A stretch of DNA of 64,000 nt, taken from assembly GCA_025934435.1 (NCBI GenBank), contig JAICYB010000005.1, positions 12,596 to 76,595 of the forward strand. The letters run 5' to 3'. The DNA comes from Actinomycetes bacterium. GTDB taxonomy: Bacteria > Actinomycetota > JAICYB01. Within the stretch, counting starts at the first letter, position 1, and every line of letters begins with the position of its first letter. The translations under genes were made by a program, and so were the position numbers. Below, piece by piece: positions 9,262 to 17,891 of the stretch. The notes under the pieces are model-generated. The model did no database searches. It was given only the letters and a program-made list of their open reading frames with translations, and was not told where the DNA came from.

Positions 9262-10022
9262 GATTCACGCGTTTCGCGATCGGTTCGACCATCGGCTACG
9301 GCACCGTCGAAGACGACGGACGGATCCGCGCCATGACGACGACTCCATTCCTGCCGTGGCAACCGACAGACGAGTACTTCACACCCGAGCAGGTCCGCGT
9401 GCTCGCCCCGGCGCTGCCGTCGAAGGTCGTCGCGATCGGGCTCAACTACCGCGCTCACGCCGAAGAGACGGGTCGTGGTCTTCCCGAAGAGCCGATGATC
9501 TTCATCAAACCGACGACGTCCGTGATCGGGCCGGGCGAGACGATCGTGATGCCGCCGCAATCGCAACGCGTCGACCACGAGGCGGAGCTTGCGGTCGTGA
9601 TGGGCCGCCTGGCGCGGAACGTTTCGGAGGCCGAGGCGCTCGAGTACGTGCTCGGATACACGTGCGCGAACGATGTGACGGCGCGCGATCTCCAGCTCAA
9701 GGACGTGCAGTTCACGCGCGCGAAGGGCTTCGACACCTTCTGCCCGCTCGGCCCCCATATCGTGACCGACCTCGATGCCGGCAAGCTCGACCTCGAGTGC
9801 CGCGTCCGAGGTGAGGTTCGTCAGCACTCGAACACGTCCGACCTCGTGTTCGGTGTGGCTTCGCTTATCGCATTCGTTTCTTCCGTCATGACGCTGCTTC
9901 CCGGGGACGTGATCCTCACCGGTACACCGGACGGCATCTCGCCGCTCGCCGACGGCGACAACGTCGAGGTCGAGATCCAGAACATCGGCATCCTGTCGAA
10001 CCCGGTTCGTGGTTCGGGTTAG
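9258..10022 (+). CDS. Fumarylacetoacetate hydrolase (FAH) family protein
   Basis: ATG at 9258 (ATGA overlap with the cimA stop). AIGLNYRAHAEE..., IFIKPTTSVIGPG, HEAELAVVMG, LLPGDVILTGTPDG. The part of the track ORF upstream of 9258 overlaps cimA. Confidence 0.85.
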   Translation: MRFTRFAIGSTIGYGTVEDDGRIRAMTTTPFLPWQPTDEYFTPEQVRVLAPALPSKVVAIGLNYRAHAEETGRGLPEEPMIFIKPTTSVIGPGETIVMPPQSQRVDHEAELAVVMGRLARNVSEAEALEYVLGYTCANDVTARDLQLKDVQFTRAKGFDTFCPLGPHIVTDLDAGKLDLECRVRGEVRQHSNTSDLVFGVASLIAFVSSVMTLLPGDVILTGTPDGISPLADGDNVEVEIQNIGILSNPVRGSG

Positions 10023-11340
10023 GTACGCGGGCGCGCCGAGCGGCGACCTGCACCTCGGCAACATCCGCACCGCGCTCTTCAATTGGATGTTCGCGCGCCA
10101 CGAAGGCGGGACGTTCATCTGGCGCGTCGAGGACACCGACCCCGAACGTGCGAAGCAAGAGCTGATCGATCGAGCCGCGGAGACCATGCGCTGGGTCGGG
10201 ATCGACTGGGACGAAGGTCCATTCCGGCAGTCGGAGCGCGGCGACTACTACGCGTCGATCGTTTCGCGACTGCTCGAGGATGGATGGCTCTACCGGTGCT
10301 ACTGCACGCGGGACGAGATCAAAGCCCGAGGTGTCTCGTCCGGCTACGACCGTTTCTGCCGGACACGGACGGATCAGCCCGACGCACCGTTCGCCTTGCG
10401 GTTCAAAGCGCCCGACCGCGACGTCGTCGTGCACGACCGGCTGGCCGGAGAGGTGCGGACACCGGCGAGCGAGGTGCAGGACTTCGTTGCCGTCCGTTCG
10501 GACGGATCGGTCGTCTTCGCCCTCGCGAACACGGCGGACGACATCGCGATGGAGATCACGCACGTACTCCGCGGCGCGGACATCCTCAACGCCGCGACGT
10601 CGAACGTGCTCCTGTTCGAAGCGCTCGGCGCGGCGCCGCCGGAGTTCGTGCACGTCCCGCTCATCCTCGGCCCGGATCGTTCGCGGCTCGGTGCGCGCCA
10701 CGGTGCCGTCGGCACGCTCGCGTACCGCGACGGCGGTTATCTGCCCGAAGCGCTCACGAATTACCTCTCGCTGCTCGGATGGGCCCCCGGCACCGGCGAA
10801 GAGATCATGTCGCTCGAGCGCCGCGTCGAACTGTTCTCGCTCGACGGCCTCCAGACGTCGAACGCGGTGTTCGACATCAAGAAGCTCGAGTGGATGAACG
10901 AGGAGTACATCAAGACGCTGCCGGTCGACGAGCTGCGCGACCGGATCGTCGCGTTGGATCCGTCGATCCCGCGCGACGTCCTGCAGCAAGCGCTCGACAT
11001 GGAGCTCTTGCAGACGCGCATCAAGACGCTCGCCGAGGTCCGCGACGCGATGCGATACCTGTACGAGCGTCCACCGGCCTCCGAGGTGGCGGAAGAAGCA
11101 CGCGCCACGCTCTCGATGCTCGCGTCGAAGCTCGAGACGAGTGACTGGTCGGTGGAGGCGATCCGGGACGCCGTCCAGTCGACCGTCGAAGAGCTCGGCC
11201 TCCACCGTCGGAGGGGGCCGAAGCCGATCTTCGTTGCGATCGCCGGCTCGGAGAAGGCGCTGCCGCTGTACGAATCGATCTACATCATCGGCCGGGACGA
11301 AGCCCTCGCGCGCCTGCGCGCCGCCATGTCCGTGGCCTGA
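10009..11340 (+). CDS. gltX: Glutamyl-tRNA synthetase homolog (KMSKS position reads RLGAR)
   Basis: GDLHLGNIRTALFNW (HIGH region), WRVEDTDPER, ITHVLRGADIL, LPEALTNYLSLLGW. Overlaps the FAH gene by 14 nt. Confidence 0.85.
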   Translation: MVRVRYAGAPSGDLHLGNIRTALFNWMFARHEGGTFIWRVEDTDPERAKQELIDRAAETMRWVGIDWDEGPFRQSERGDYYASIVSRLLEDGWLYRCYCTRDEIKARGVSSGYDRFCRTRTDQPDAPFALRFKAPDRDVVVHDRLAGEVRTPASEVQDFVAVRSDGSVVFALANTADDIAMEITHVLRGADILNAATSNVLLFEALGAAPPEFVHVPLILGPDRSRLGARHGAVGTLAYRDGGYLPEALTNYLSLLGWAPGTGEEIMSLERRVELFSLDGLQTSNAVFDIKKLEWMNEEYIKTLPVDELRDRIVALDPSIPRDVLQQALDMELLQTRIKTLAEVRDAMRYLYERPPASEVAEEARATLSMLASKLETSDWSVEAIRDAVQSTVEELGLHRRRGPKPIFVAIAGSEKALPLYESIYIIGRDEALARLRAAMSVA

Positions 11341-11352
11341 GCGCCGTTCCCG

Positions 11353-11462
11353 TTCTGGGGAACCCTCGAACACGCTGCCGTAGTTGTGACTTCCCCAGTT
11401 GTGCGCGTCGCTTTTTCTGGGGAATCGCGACCTACGCGGACGTAGCCGGCGATTCCCCAGAA
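11353..11462. repeat. Left copy of a double-hairpin repeat (two inverted repeats 62 nt apart)
   Basis: CTGGGGAA(11355-62)/TTCCCCAG(11391-98) and TTCTGGGGAAT(11415-25)/ATTCCCCAGAA(11452-62). Loops are 26-28 nt and contain CGTAG. Confidence 0.8.
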
Positions 11463-12349
11463 AACACTTCGGCGAGCTCCGCGACGTACGTCCGGGCCTC
11501 GACGTCGTGCTTCGTGAAACGCAACGGACGCCACCCAGCGCGCACGAGCTTGTTCTGGCGGATGAGGTCGGCCTCCCGCTGCTTCCGGGTCTCGTGATGC
11601 GATCCGTCGATCTCGATGGCGAGGCGCAGCGCGCGATACGCGAAGTCGACTCGCGCGATCCAGCGCCCGGTGTTGTCATAGATGTCCAGTTCTTCCTCAG
11701 GTATCGGTAGACCGGCGCGCATGAGGCCTCGCCGGAATCTGTTCTGCAACGTGCTGGCCTTCGGACGCGACCCTGTTCGATCGGCAAGCAACGAGGAGAG
11801 TCGCGCGACACCCCGAACGCCGCGCCTCCCTCGGAGATCGAAGCGCTTCGCGAGGCCCGTGACGGTGACGATCCGTCGGCGGATCGCGTCATCGAGTGCG
11901 TCTTCCAACGCATCGCGCGACAGGACGCCGGCGAGGTCGAAGATCGTCCGCCACGGCGATGTGACGCGCAGCGGCCCGCGATGGACGACGTCGCCCGGCG
12001 CGATCAGTCTCGTCCGGTGAACGATCATCTCGCCGTTCTTGATCTTCTGCGCATGGACGACGGTGACGTGTGGGCGGTCCGTCCGGATCGCGTCGATCTG
12101 CCAGATCATCGCGGCGGCGTCGAAGCTGATCGCGGAACCGCCGCCGGCGATCAGTAACGCCGCCATCAGTCGCTGATCCCACGTCTTCGGGTAGCCGGGC
12201 ATGCGGAAGATGCCGTTTTGCACCGTCTCGAGCCGTCCCGAGAGGACCCGTCGCCGGATCGCTTCGGGATGGAGTCCGAGGTGAAGAAGCTGCTGCCGCG
12301 TGACGAGGCCGACCTGCCGGACGGCAACGGCGGCGATCCTTCGATCCAT
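11432..12349 (-). CDS. DUF559 (Vsr-like endonuclease fold) protein with an AbiEi-like N-terminal domain
   Basis: ATG at 12349 (MDRRIAAVAVRQVGLVTRQQLLHLG...). C-terminal IARVDFAYRALRLAIEIDGSHHETRKQREADLIRQNKLVRAGWRPLRFT. The last ~11 codons are encoded by the left hairpin repeat. Confidence 0.75.
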   Translation of the reverse strand: MDRRIAAVAVRQVGLVTRQQLLHLGLHPEAIRRRVLSGRLETVQNGIFRMPGYPKTWDQRLMAALLIAGGGSAISFDAAAMIWQIDAIRTDRPHVTVVHAQKIKNGEMIVHRTRLIAPGDVVHRGPLRVTSPWRTIFDLAGVLSRDALEDALDDAIRRRIVTVTGLAKRFDLRGRRGVRGVARLSSLLADRTGSRPKASTLQNRFRRGLMRAGLPIPEEELDIYDNTGRWIARVDFAYRALRLAIEIDGSHHETRKQREADLIRQNKLVRAGWRPLRFTKHDVEARTYVAELAEVFSGESPATSA

Positions 12350-12418
12350 GCACGTCCCCTTCCGTGTCGGATGGGGAAGGGCGCAAGCATGAGAGCACGA
12401 GCCGCCGACACCGCCCGG

Positions 12419-12528
12419 AACTGGGGAACCGGTGACTACGGTGGCGTCGCTACCGATTCCCCACAAGCCCGGGGCGAGCGTTCTGGGGAAGGCGCAGCCA
12501 CGGCGGCGTAGTCAGGGATTCCCCAGAA
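12419..12528. repeat. Right copy of the double-hairpin repeat
   Basis: TGGGGAA(12422-28)/TTCCCCA(12457-63) and TTCTGGGGAA(12481-90)/TTCCCCAGAA(12519-28). Same 62-nt spacing as the left copy. Stems are conserved and loops diverged. Confidence 0.8.
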
Positions 12529-12561
12529 CGGGCGCGCGGGAAAGCGCGTTAGGACGAGGCG

Positions 12562-13347
12562 TCAGATCTTGACGCCGAACTCCTCGAGGATCTGCTGGCT
12601 GTAAGCGATCCGTCCCGTGAGTTCTTTCGGCTCCCGGGAGCACAGCAGCAGCGCGGCTTCGGCCATGACTTCGGGCGGCTCGGCCATGTCTTCGCGTCCC
12701 GGCGGGATCAATCGGTGCAGGACGACCCCCGGCGTCGCGACGACGCTCGATGGTGAGAGCGCGTTCACCGCGATGTTGTCCTCGTATTCCTCGCTCGCGA
12801 GTCCCGTCGACATGCGCTCGAGCGCGGCCTTGACCATGCCGTACACGGTGCCGCCGCGTCCGCGTGATTGATCCGGTTTCGGGTGCCGCGCCGCACCGGA
12901 CGAGATGTTCAAGATCCATCCCTTGCCCCGCAACCGCATCCCCGGCAGGACGAGTTGCGCGAGCTCGAACGGCGCGCGCACCTGCACTTCGAACATGATC
13001 CGGTACTTCGACTCGGGAAACTCCGCGGCCGGCAGGAACCATGTAACCGCTGCGTTGTTCACGAGGATGTCCGGGGGACCGAGGCGAGAGATCGTTTCCT
13101 CGACGAGCATGTTTCGATCTTCGATGCGCGCGAGGTCGGCGCGGATCGCGACGGCAGTGCCGCCGGCGGCCGTGATCGTGTCGACGGTGTCGTGGATCGT
13201 CCCCGGGAGCCGTTCGTCGCGCTGTTCTTCGGTGCGTGCGCTGACGGCAACGGCGGCGCCTTCGGACGCGAACCGCTTCGCGATCTCCTCACCGATGCCA
13301 CGGCTGGCGCCGGTGACGATGGCGACCTTCCCCTCGAGTACGCCCAT
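12562..13347 (-). CDS. Short-chain dehydrogenase/reductase (SDR)
   Basis: GKVAIVTGASRGIGEEIA, NNAA. 261 aa. Confidence 0.85.
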   Translation of the reverse strand: MGVLEGKVAIVTGASRGIGEEIAKRFASEGAAVAVSARTEEQRDERLPGTIHDTVDTITAAGGTAVAIRADLARIEDRNMLVEETISRLGPPDILVNNAAVTWFLPAAEFPESKYRIMFEVQVRAPFELAQLVLPGMRLRGKGWILNISSGAARHPKPDQSRGRGGTVYGMVKAALERMSTGLASEEYEDNIAVNALSPSSVVATPGVVLHRLIPPGREDMAEPPEVMAEAALLLCSREPKELTGRIAYSQQILEEFGVKI

Positions 13348-13374
13348 CGCCTACGAGCCTACGTCCGGTCGGCG

Positions 13375-14886
13375 CTAGCCCACCAATCCGACCATCGGCT
13401 CCGTCCGCACGTCCTTGTTGACGTTGTCGTCGAGCGCGACGAGCAGGTCGGATCGCAAAGCTTTCGCGGACGGATCATCCCAACGGTTCTCGAGTTCGAG
13501 CGGGTCGTCGGCCAGGTCGTAGAGCTCACCGATCCCGTCGTGGTCCTCGTAGCGCGTGAGCTTGTAGCGGTCGGTCGTGATCGTCCGCAGCGCGTGGTGC
13601 AGCACCATCGCATGGTCGTTCTCGGTGATGTGGATCTCGCGGTCGTCGGTGAGCTGGCGTCCTTCCATGTGCGCCGGGACGTCGATGCCGGCGGCTCGCA
13701 GCATCGTCGGTGCGAAGTCGACGGATCCGACCGGTTCGTCGATCGTCGCGCCCGCGTCGAAGCCGGCGCCCCGGACGATCACCGGCACGCGCAGGAGCCC
13801 TTCGTAGTGGAGCGGACCCTTGAAGACCATCTGGTGATCACCGAGGAACTCGCCGTGGTCGACCGCGAAGATCACGACGGTGTCGGACGGATCCACGGCA
13901 GCGAGCACGCGTCCGATGTGGTGGTCGAGCATCGAGATCATGCCGTAGTAGCCGGCGACCATCCGCGCGGATTCGTCCGCCGAGAAGTTCATGCCTCCGG
14001 GATTGGCCCACTCGAAGGGAAGTCCGCGCGCGCCGGTGGCCCACATGCGGTGGATGTCCGGCTTCTTGTCGAATTCCTCCGGATGCGCTTTCCAGAGAAC
14101 GGGTGTGACGTCCGCCGGGTCGTACATGTCGCACCACGGCTTCGGTGGGTCCATCGGGTGATGCGGATCGGCGAAGGAAACCCATGCGAAGTACGGCTTG
14201 TCCTGCTTGTTGATGAAGTCGATCGCGCGATCGGCGATCCACGTCGTCGGGTGCTCTTCTTCGGGGAGCGCGTTCTTCCACGTCTGCACGTGATCCCATT
14301 GCGACCCGCTCGCTTCCGGCTGCATGAGTTGGAGACGCTCCACGCCTTTCTCGAAACCGTCACGGAAGAGGTGCTGCGCGTAGTGGAGGCCGAACGGCGG
14401 GGGGCCGAAGCACCAGTTCCAACGTCCCATCAATTGCGCGAAGCGGAGCATGTGACCGAAGAGGATGAGCTGGCAGTAGTCGAAGCCGAAGTAGGGACCC
14501 GTCCAGTCCGCCGGCATGTTCACCGAGCCCTCGACCGACTCGAGCTTGCCGGTGGGGAACAGGGGATACGTCGACGCGAAGTGTGCCTTGCCGATGATGG
14601 CCGTCGAGTAGCCGGCGTTCTTGAATGCGGTCGCGACCGATTTCTGTTCCGCGTCGGCCGGGACGTCGATCCCGTTCGACGTCACACCGTGCGACGACGG
14701 GTACTGCCCCGTGAGGATCGTCGCGCGCGCGGGCTGGCAGTACGGGTTCTGCGTGCGGCAGCGCGTGAAGCTCGTCCCTTCGGACGCGAGCCGGTCGAGC
14801 GTCGGCGTCGATATGACCGGGTTGCCCCAGGCCGCGATGGTGTCGGCGCGTTGCTGGTCGGTCGTGATGAGGAGCACGTTGGTCAC
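13375..14886 (-). CDS. Sulfatase (arylsulfatase family, formylglycine type)
   Basis: GTG at 14886, 5 nt after GGAGG. VLLITTDQQRAD, C-x-P-x-R motif as YCQPARATILTGQYPSSHG, GKAHF. Confidence 0.85.
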   Translation of the reverse strand: MTNVLLITTDQQRADTIAAWGNPVISTPTLDRLASEGTSFTRCRTQNPYCQPARATILTGQYPSSHGVTSNGIDVPADAEQKSVATAFKNAGYSTAIIGKAHFASTYPLFPTGKLESVEGSVNMPADWTGPYFGFDYCQLILFGHMLRFAQLMGRWNWCFGPPPFGLHYAQHLFRDGFEKGVERLQLMQPEASGSQWDHVQTWKNALPEEEHPTTWIADRAIDFINKQDKPYFAWVSFADPHHPMDPPKPWCDMYDPADVTPVLWKAHPEEFDKKPDIHRMWATGARGLPFEWANPGGMNFSADESARMVAGYYGMISMLDHHIGRVLAAVDPSDTVVIFAVDHGEFLGDHQMVFKGPLHYEGLLRVPVIVRGAGFDAGATIDEPVGSVDFAPTMLRAAGIDVPAHMEGRQLTDDREIHITENDHAMVLHHALRTITTDRYKLTRYEDHDGIGELYDLADDPLELENRWDDPSAKALRSDLLVALDDNVNKDVRTEPMVGLVG

Positions 14887-14920
14887 TGTTGCCTCCGGAG
14901 AGTATTTTCTGTCACACTGA

Positions 14921-14934
14921 AGATACATGTATCT
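14921..14934. promoter_or_regulatory. Perfect 14-bp AT-rich palindrome AGATACATGTATCT in a divergent intergenic region
   Basis: Read directly from the sequence. Lies between the sulfatase gene (minus) and the DinB gene (plus) and contains the annotated ATG of the DinB ORF. Confidence 0.4.
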
Positions 14935-15490
14935 CGACTCTTTGCAACGCCGGATCCGCGGGATGCACTCGCTGTGGCTCGAAGCGACGGCCACGATGGG
15001 CGTCGAGCACGTGAATCACTTCGAGCGGAGCGGTGTCCTGCCCGCTGCCTTCTCGCTCAACCACATGACGCGGATCGAGGATCAGGTCGTGTCCGCTCTG
15101 TTCAACGGACGCGCGCCTATCTGGAACGAAGGCGGATGGCTCGCGAAGACCGGTGTCAACATCGACGACCACGGCAAAGAGCTCACCGTCGCCGAGATGG
15201 AGCAGCTGCGCATCGGCGACTACGAGGCGTACTGCGCGTACCAGAAGCTCGTGTTCGACCAGACGGAGACGTGGCTCGATTCCTTGGACGAATCACGCTT
15301 GAGCGAAGTCATGTTCGGCGGTGTCGTCCCCCCGGTCTTCCAGAAGGCGTACGTCGCGCGCGTCGTCGGCGACGGACCGATACGGGTGCTCGACGGCATC
15401 GAGTGCTGGATCTTCCAGCACGGCATCCGCCACATGGGCGAGCTCGAACACGCTCGCGCGCTCGTCGGGCTCGGAGGGATGACGTCGTAG
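14927..15490 (+). CDS. DinB-family protein
   Basis: 187-aa ORF with a helical DinB-like pattern (…HMTRIEDQ…, WIFQHGIRHMGELEHA). Start uncertain: ATG 14927 has no ribosome-binding site, and the alternative is ATG 14963. Confidence 0.6.
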   Translation: MYLDSLQRRIRGMHSLWLEATATMGVEHVNHFERSGVLPAAFSLNHMTRIEDQVVSALFNGRAPIWNEGGWLAKTGVNIDDHGKELTVAEMEQLRIGDYEAYCAYQKLVFDQTETWLDSLDESRLSEVMFGGVVPPVFQKAYVARVVGDGPIRVLDGIECWIFQHGIRHMGELEHARALVGLGGMTS

Positions 15491-15510
15491 CTTCCGTTGA
15501 CGGACGCCGC

Positions 15511-16041
15511 TTGCGCAGCGAGCGCTCGCGCGCCGCGATCCTCAACGCGTTCTTCTCGCTCGTCATGGACGGCCGACAGCCGTCGTCGTCCGAGATCGCC
15601 GCGAAGGCCGGCGTCACGCAGCGGACGCTCTTCAATCAGTTCCCGGACGTTTCCGCGCTCGTGTCGGCGGCGGTCGATCGTCAGGTCGCGCACCTCGAGG
15701 AGCTCCTGCCGGAGGCGACGACCATCGATTCCTACGTCGACGGCCTCGCACGCATCTACGATGAGATCGCGGCCGTGCGGTGGGCGGTCGTTACGCACCT
15801 CGACGGACGACCCGAGCTCGCCACCGGGCTCAAGCGCGTCCGAACTGTTGTGCGCGCGCGCTTGTCGCGGTTGGTCGACGACGTCGACGCCGCCGAGATC
15901 GCGACCGATCCGATCACGTGGAAGCTCTTGCGGGAGCAGCTCGGGCTGTCGAAGCGCGCGGCTGCCGACGTGATGCGACGGACGCTTCAGAGTTTGAAGG
16001 CGGGGCCGAAGTCGACGCGTCCGGTGAGGGCCGGGTCGTAG
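15511..16041 (+). CDS. TetR-family transcriptional regulator
   Basis: C-terminal part of the spurious 1057-aa track ORF. RSERSRAAILNAFFSLV..SSSEIAAKAGVTQRTLFNQFPDVSALV (helix-turn-helix). The start (TTG 15511) is a guess. Confidence 0.65.
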   Translation: MRSERSRAAILNAFFSLVMDGRQPSSSEIAAKAGVTQRTLFNQFPDVSALVSAAVDRQVAHLEELLPEATTIDSYVDGLARIYDEIAAVRWAVVTHLDGRPELATGLKRVRTVVRARLSRLVDDVDAAEIATDPITWKLLREQLGLSKRAAADVMRRTLQSLKAGPKSTRPVRAGS

Positions 16042-16490
16042 TTCGCGAGCTTGCGCGCCATCCACGGGCCGTCCGGGATGGCATCGTCCGGCGGATCGAT
16101 CCCGAGACTCCGCGCCGGGACGAACCCGAAACGCGGGTAGTAGTTCGGATGTCCGAGGACGAGGATCAATGGTTCGAGTGCTTCGTCCGCCCGCATGATC
16201 GCGTCGCGTGACAGCGCGTCGCCGATCTTCTGCTTCTGACGTTCCGGACGAACCGCGAGGGGCGACAGCTGCAGGATCTTGCGGTCGCCGAGCGTGACGT
16301 AGCTCAGCATGATGTGCCCGACGACGTCGCCTTCGTCGTCCGCGACGAGTGAGAACTCGGGTACGTAGCCGTCGTTCGCGCGGATCTGCCGGACGAGCCG
16401 GACTTCCGGATCGTGCTCGTTGTCGAACGCCGCGCCGACGACGGCATCGATCGCGTCGAAATCGAAGGCGCGTTCGGGGCGGACGATCAT
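15987..16490 (-). CDS. GNAT-family N-acetyltransferase
   Basis: ATG at 16490 (MIVRPERAFDFDAI...). LAVRPERQKQKIGDAL, GHPNYYPRFGF. Confidence 0.8.
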   Translation of the reverse strand: MIVRPERAFDFDAIDAVVGAAFDNEHDPEVRLVRQIRANDGYVPEFSLVADDEGDVVGHIMLSYVTLGDRKILQLSPLAVRPERQKQKIGDALSRDAIMRADEALEPLILVLGHPNYYPRFGFVPARSLGIDPPDDAIPDGPWMARKLANYDPALTGRVDFGPAFKL

Positions 16491-16507
16491 CCGTATATCT
16501 TGACGCG

Positions 16508-17014
16508 ATGTTCGAATCCGATGCCGAGCTCGCGGATCTGCAGGATCTGCTCGACCGTTCGTATGCGTCCGCCGGCGAGCATCTGTTGTCGATCCATACA
16601 CCGAACTGGCGCGTTCCGGCGGCCGAGCTCGTCGAGCTGCTGCAAGGTATGTGCGTATTGAACCTCGCGACGGTGAGTTCGAAAGGGGAGCCGTACGTCG
16701 GGGCCGTCGACGCCTTCCTGTTCCACGGTCGGTTCTTCTTCGGTTCGTCGCCGGACTCCTTGCGCGCCAGGCACATCGCGCGGAATCCCGCCGTCAGCGG
16801 CGCGCATACGCGCGGCGAGGAGTTGTCGGTGGTCGTGCACGGGCGGGCCGTCCCGCTCGACAAGAGCTCGGAGATCGGCAAGGAGTACCGCGCCTACGGC
16901 GCGAAGACGTACGGCGAAGAAGCCGTCGAGGAATTCTGGGAGTCGGACACGCCGTACTGGAGCATCGAGCCGAAGCGGATGTTCGCGCTGCGTCCGACGA
17001 TCGAGAAGCCCTAG
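16508..17014 (+). CDS. Pyridoxamine 5'-phosphate oxidase family (possibly F420/FMN-binding) protein
   Basis: ATG at 16508 (MFESDAELADLQDLL...VLNLATVSSKGEPYVGAV...ARHIARNPAVS). Only 17 nt separate it from the divergent GNAT start. Confidence 0.65.
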   Translation: MFESDAELADLQDLLDRSYASAGEHLLSIHTPNWRVPAAELVELLQGMCVLNLATVSSKGEPYVGAVDAFLFHGRFFFGSSPDSLRARHIARNPAVSGAHTRGEELSVVVHGRAVPLDKSSEIGKEYRAYGAKTYGEEAVEEFWESDTPYWSIEPKRMFALRPTIEKP

Positions 17015-17048
17015 CCGGACGAAGCCCTGCTAGCGTTGAGGGCGCTTT

Positions 17049-17123
17049 TGGGCCGTAGTGCAATTGGCAGCACGCCAGGTTCTGGCCCTGGTAGTCCTGG
17101 TTCGAGTCCAGGCGGCCCAGCCA
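17049..17123 (+). tRNA. tRNA-Gln (anticodon CTG), CCA encoded
   Basis: Folded by hand: acceptor stem TGGGCCG/CGGCCCA (U1:A72, typical for Gln), D arm GTGCAATTGGCAGCAC, anticodon arm CCAGG-TTCTGGC-CCTGG, T arm CCTGG-TTCGAGT-CCAGG, then discriminator G and CCA. Confidence 0.9.
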
Positions 17124-17135
17124 ACGATTGGCGAT

Positions 17136-17891
17136 GTGTGTGGCAACTCTTACACTTGTCGGATCGCTCTGATAGACCGCTTCATCTTCTTGCCCGACAG
17201 CGGTCCGATCGGCCCGAGTCCGGGCCTCGATGTCACGCTGCTCTCCGGCGGCCACTTCAGGATCCACGGTTGGTATCTCGCGCAGGAGCATGCGGACAAG
17301 ACGATCCTGCACTTCCACGGAAACGCCGGCAATCTCGAAGGCCGTCGGAACTTCACACAACAGTTGCGCGCGCTTGGCGTCAACGTCTTGGCGATCGACT
17401 ACCGAGGCTATGGCCGGAGCGAGGGCAAGCCAAGTGAAGATGGTGTGTTCGCTGACGCGCGAGCCGCATACAACTGGCTACTCGACAAGACCACCGCCGA
17501 CAAGATCGTCATCCACGGCGAGTCACTGGGCGGTGGTCCCGCATGCGAACTCGCATCGACTGTGCCCTGCGGTGGACTGATCCTGCAGTCGACGTTTACA
17601 AGCGTTCCGGACTTCGTCCATCGCGTCGCTCGATATATCCCCTTATTCCTGGTTCGGACGAAATTCGACAACCTCAGCAAAGTGACGAGCATCACCTGCC
17701 CGAAGTTGTTCATCCACAGCCGCACGGACGAGATGATCCCTTTCGACCTCGCCGAAAAGCTCTTCGCTGCGGCTGCTGAGCCGAAGGAGAATGCCTGGTT
17801 CACGGCCGTCGGGCATAACGAGATGTCCGTACCACCGGCGACGGAATACTTCGGACGGATCGCACAGTTCGTGTCATCACTCGGGAATTGA
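17136..17891 (+). CDS. Alpha/beta hydrolase (BEM46/Abhydrolase-like)
   Basis: The track ORF starts inside the tRNA, so I use the first in-frame start after it (GTG 17136). HFHGNAGN, GESLGG nucleophile elbow, HNE. GC is visibly lower than in the flanks. Confidence 0.75.
   Translation: MCGNSYTCRIALIDRFIFLPDSGPIGPSPGLDVTLLSGGHFRIHGWYLAQEHADKTILHFHGNAGNLEGRRNFTQQLRALGVNVLAIDYRGYGRSEGKPSEDGVFADARAAYNWLLDKTTADKIVIHGESLGGGPACELASTVPCGGLILQSTFTSVPDFVHRVARYIPLFLVRTKFDNLSKVTSITCPKLFIHSRTDEMIPFDLAEKLFAAAAEPKENAWFTAVGHNEMSVPPATEYFGRIAQFVSSLGN

Noticed and set aside
11353-12528. Possible CRISPR array, because of repeated palindromic units with variable intervening sequence
   Set aside because: There are only four units. 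The conserved parts are the two arms of each hairpin rather than a direct repeat separating unique spacers. A protein-coding gene lies in the middle, and no cas genes are present in the window.
14910-14936. A perfect TGTCACA (ECF41-like -35 element) upstream of the DinB gene
   Set aside because: The element 16 nt downstream is CTCG rather than CGTC, and the putative spacer contains the annotated start codon. A single heptamer match is within chance for a 64-kb window.
12868-16041. 1057-aa plus-strand ORF, the longest in the supplied track
   Set aside because: It runs antisense to the SDR and sulfatase genes and out of frame through the DinB gene, with an Arg/Ala/Gly/Asp-rich composition and no motifs. 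Only its last ~177 codons (the TetR regulator) look real. It is a typical high-GC shadow ORF.
11341-17048. tRNA-Glu gene expected near gltX/tRNA-Gln by analogy with other actinobacteria
   Set aside because: I could not fold any second tRNA. No T-arm (GGTTCGAATCC-type) sequence with a matching acceptor stem was found apart from the tRNA-Gln and its remnants.
17058-17135. N-terminal extension of the alpha/beta-hydrolase ORF
   Set aside because: It lies inside the tRNA-Gln gene, so I moved the start to the first in-frame start codon after the tRNA.
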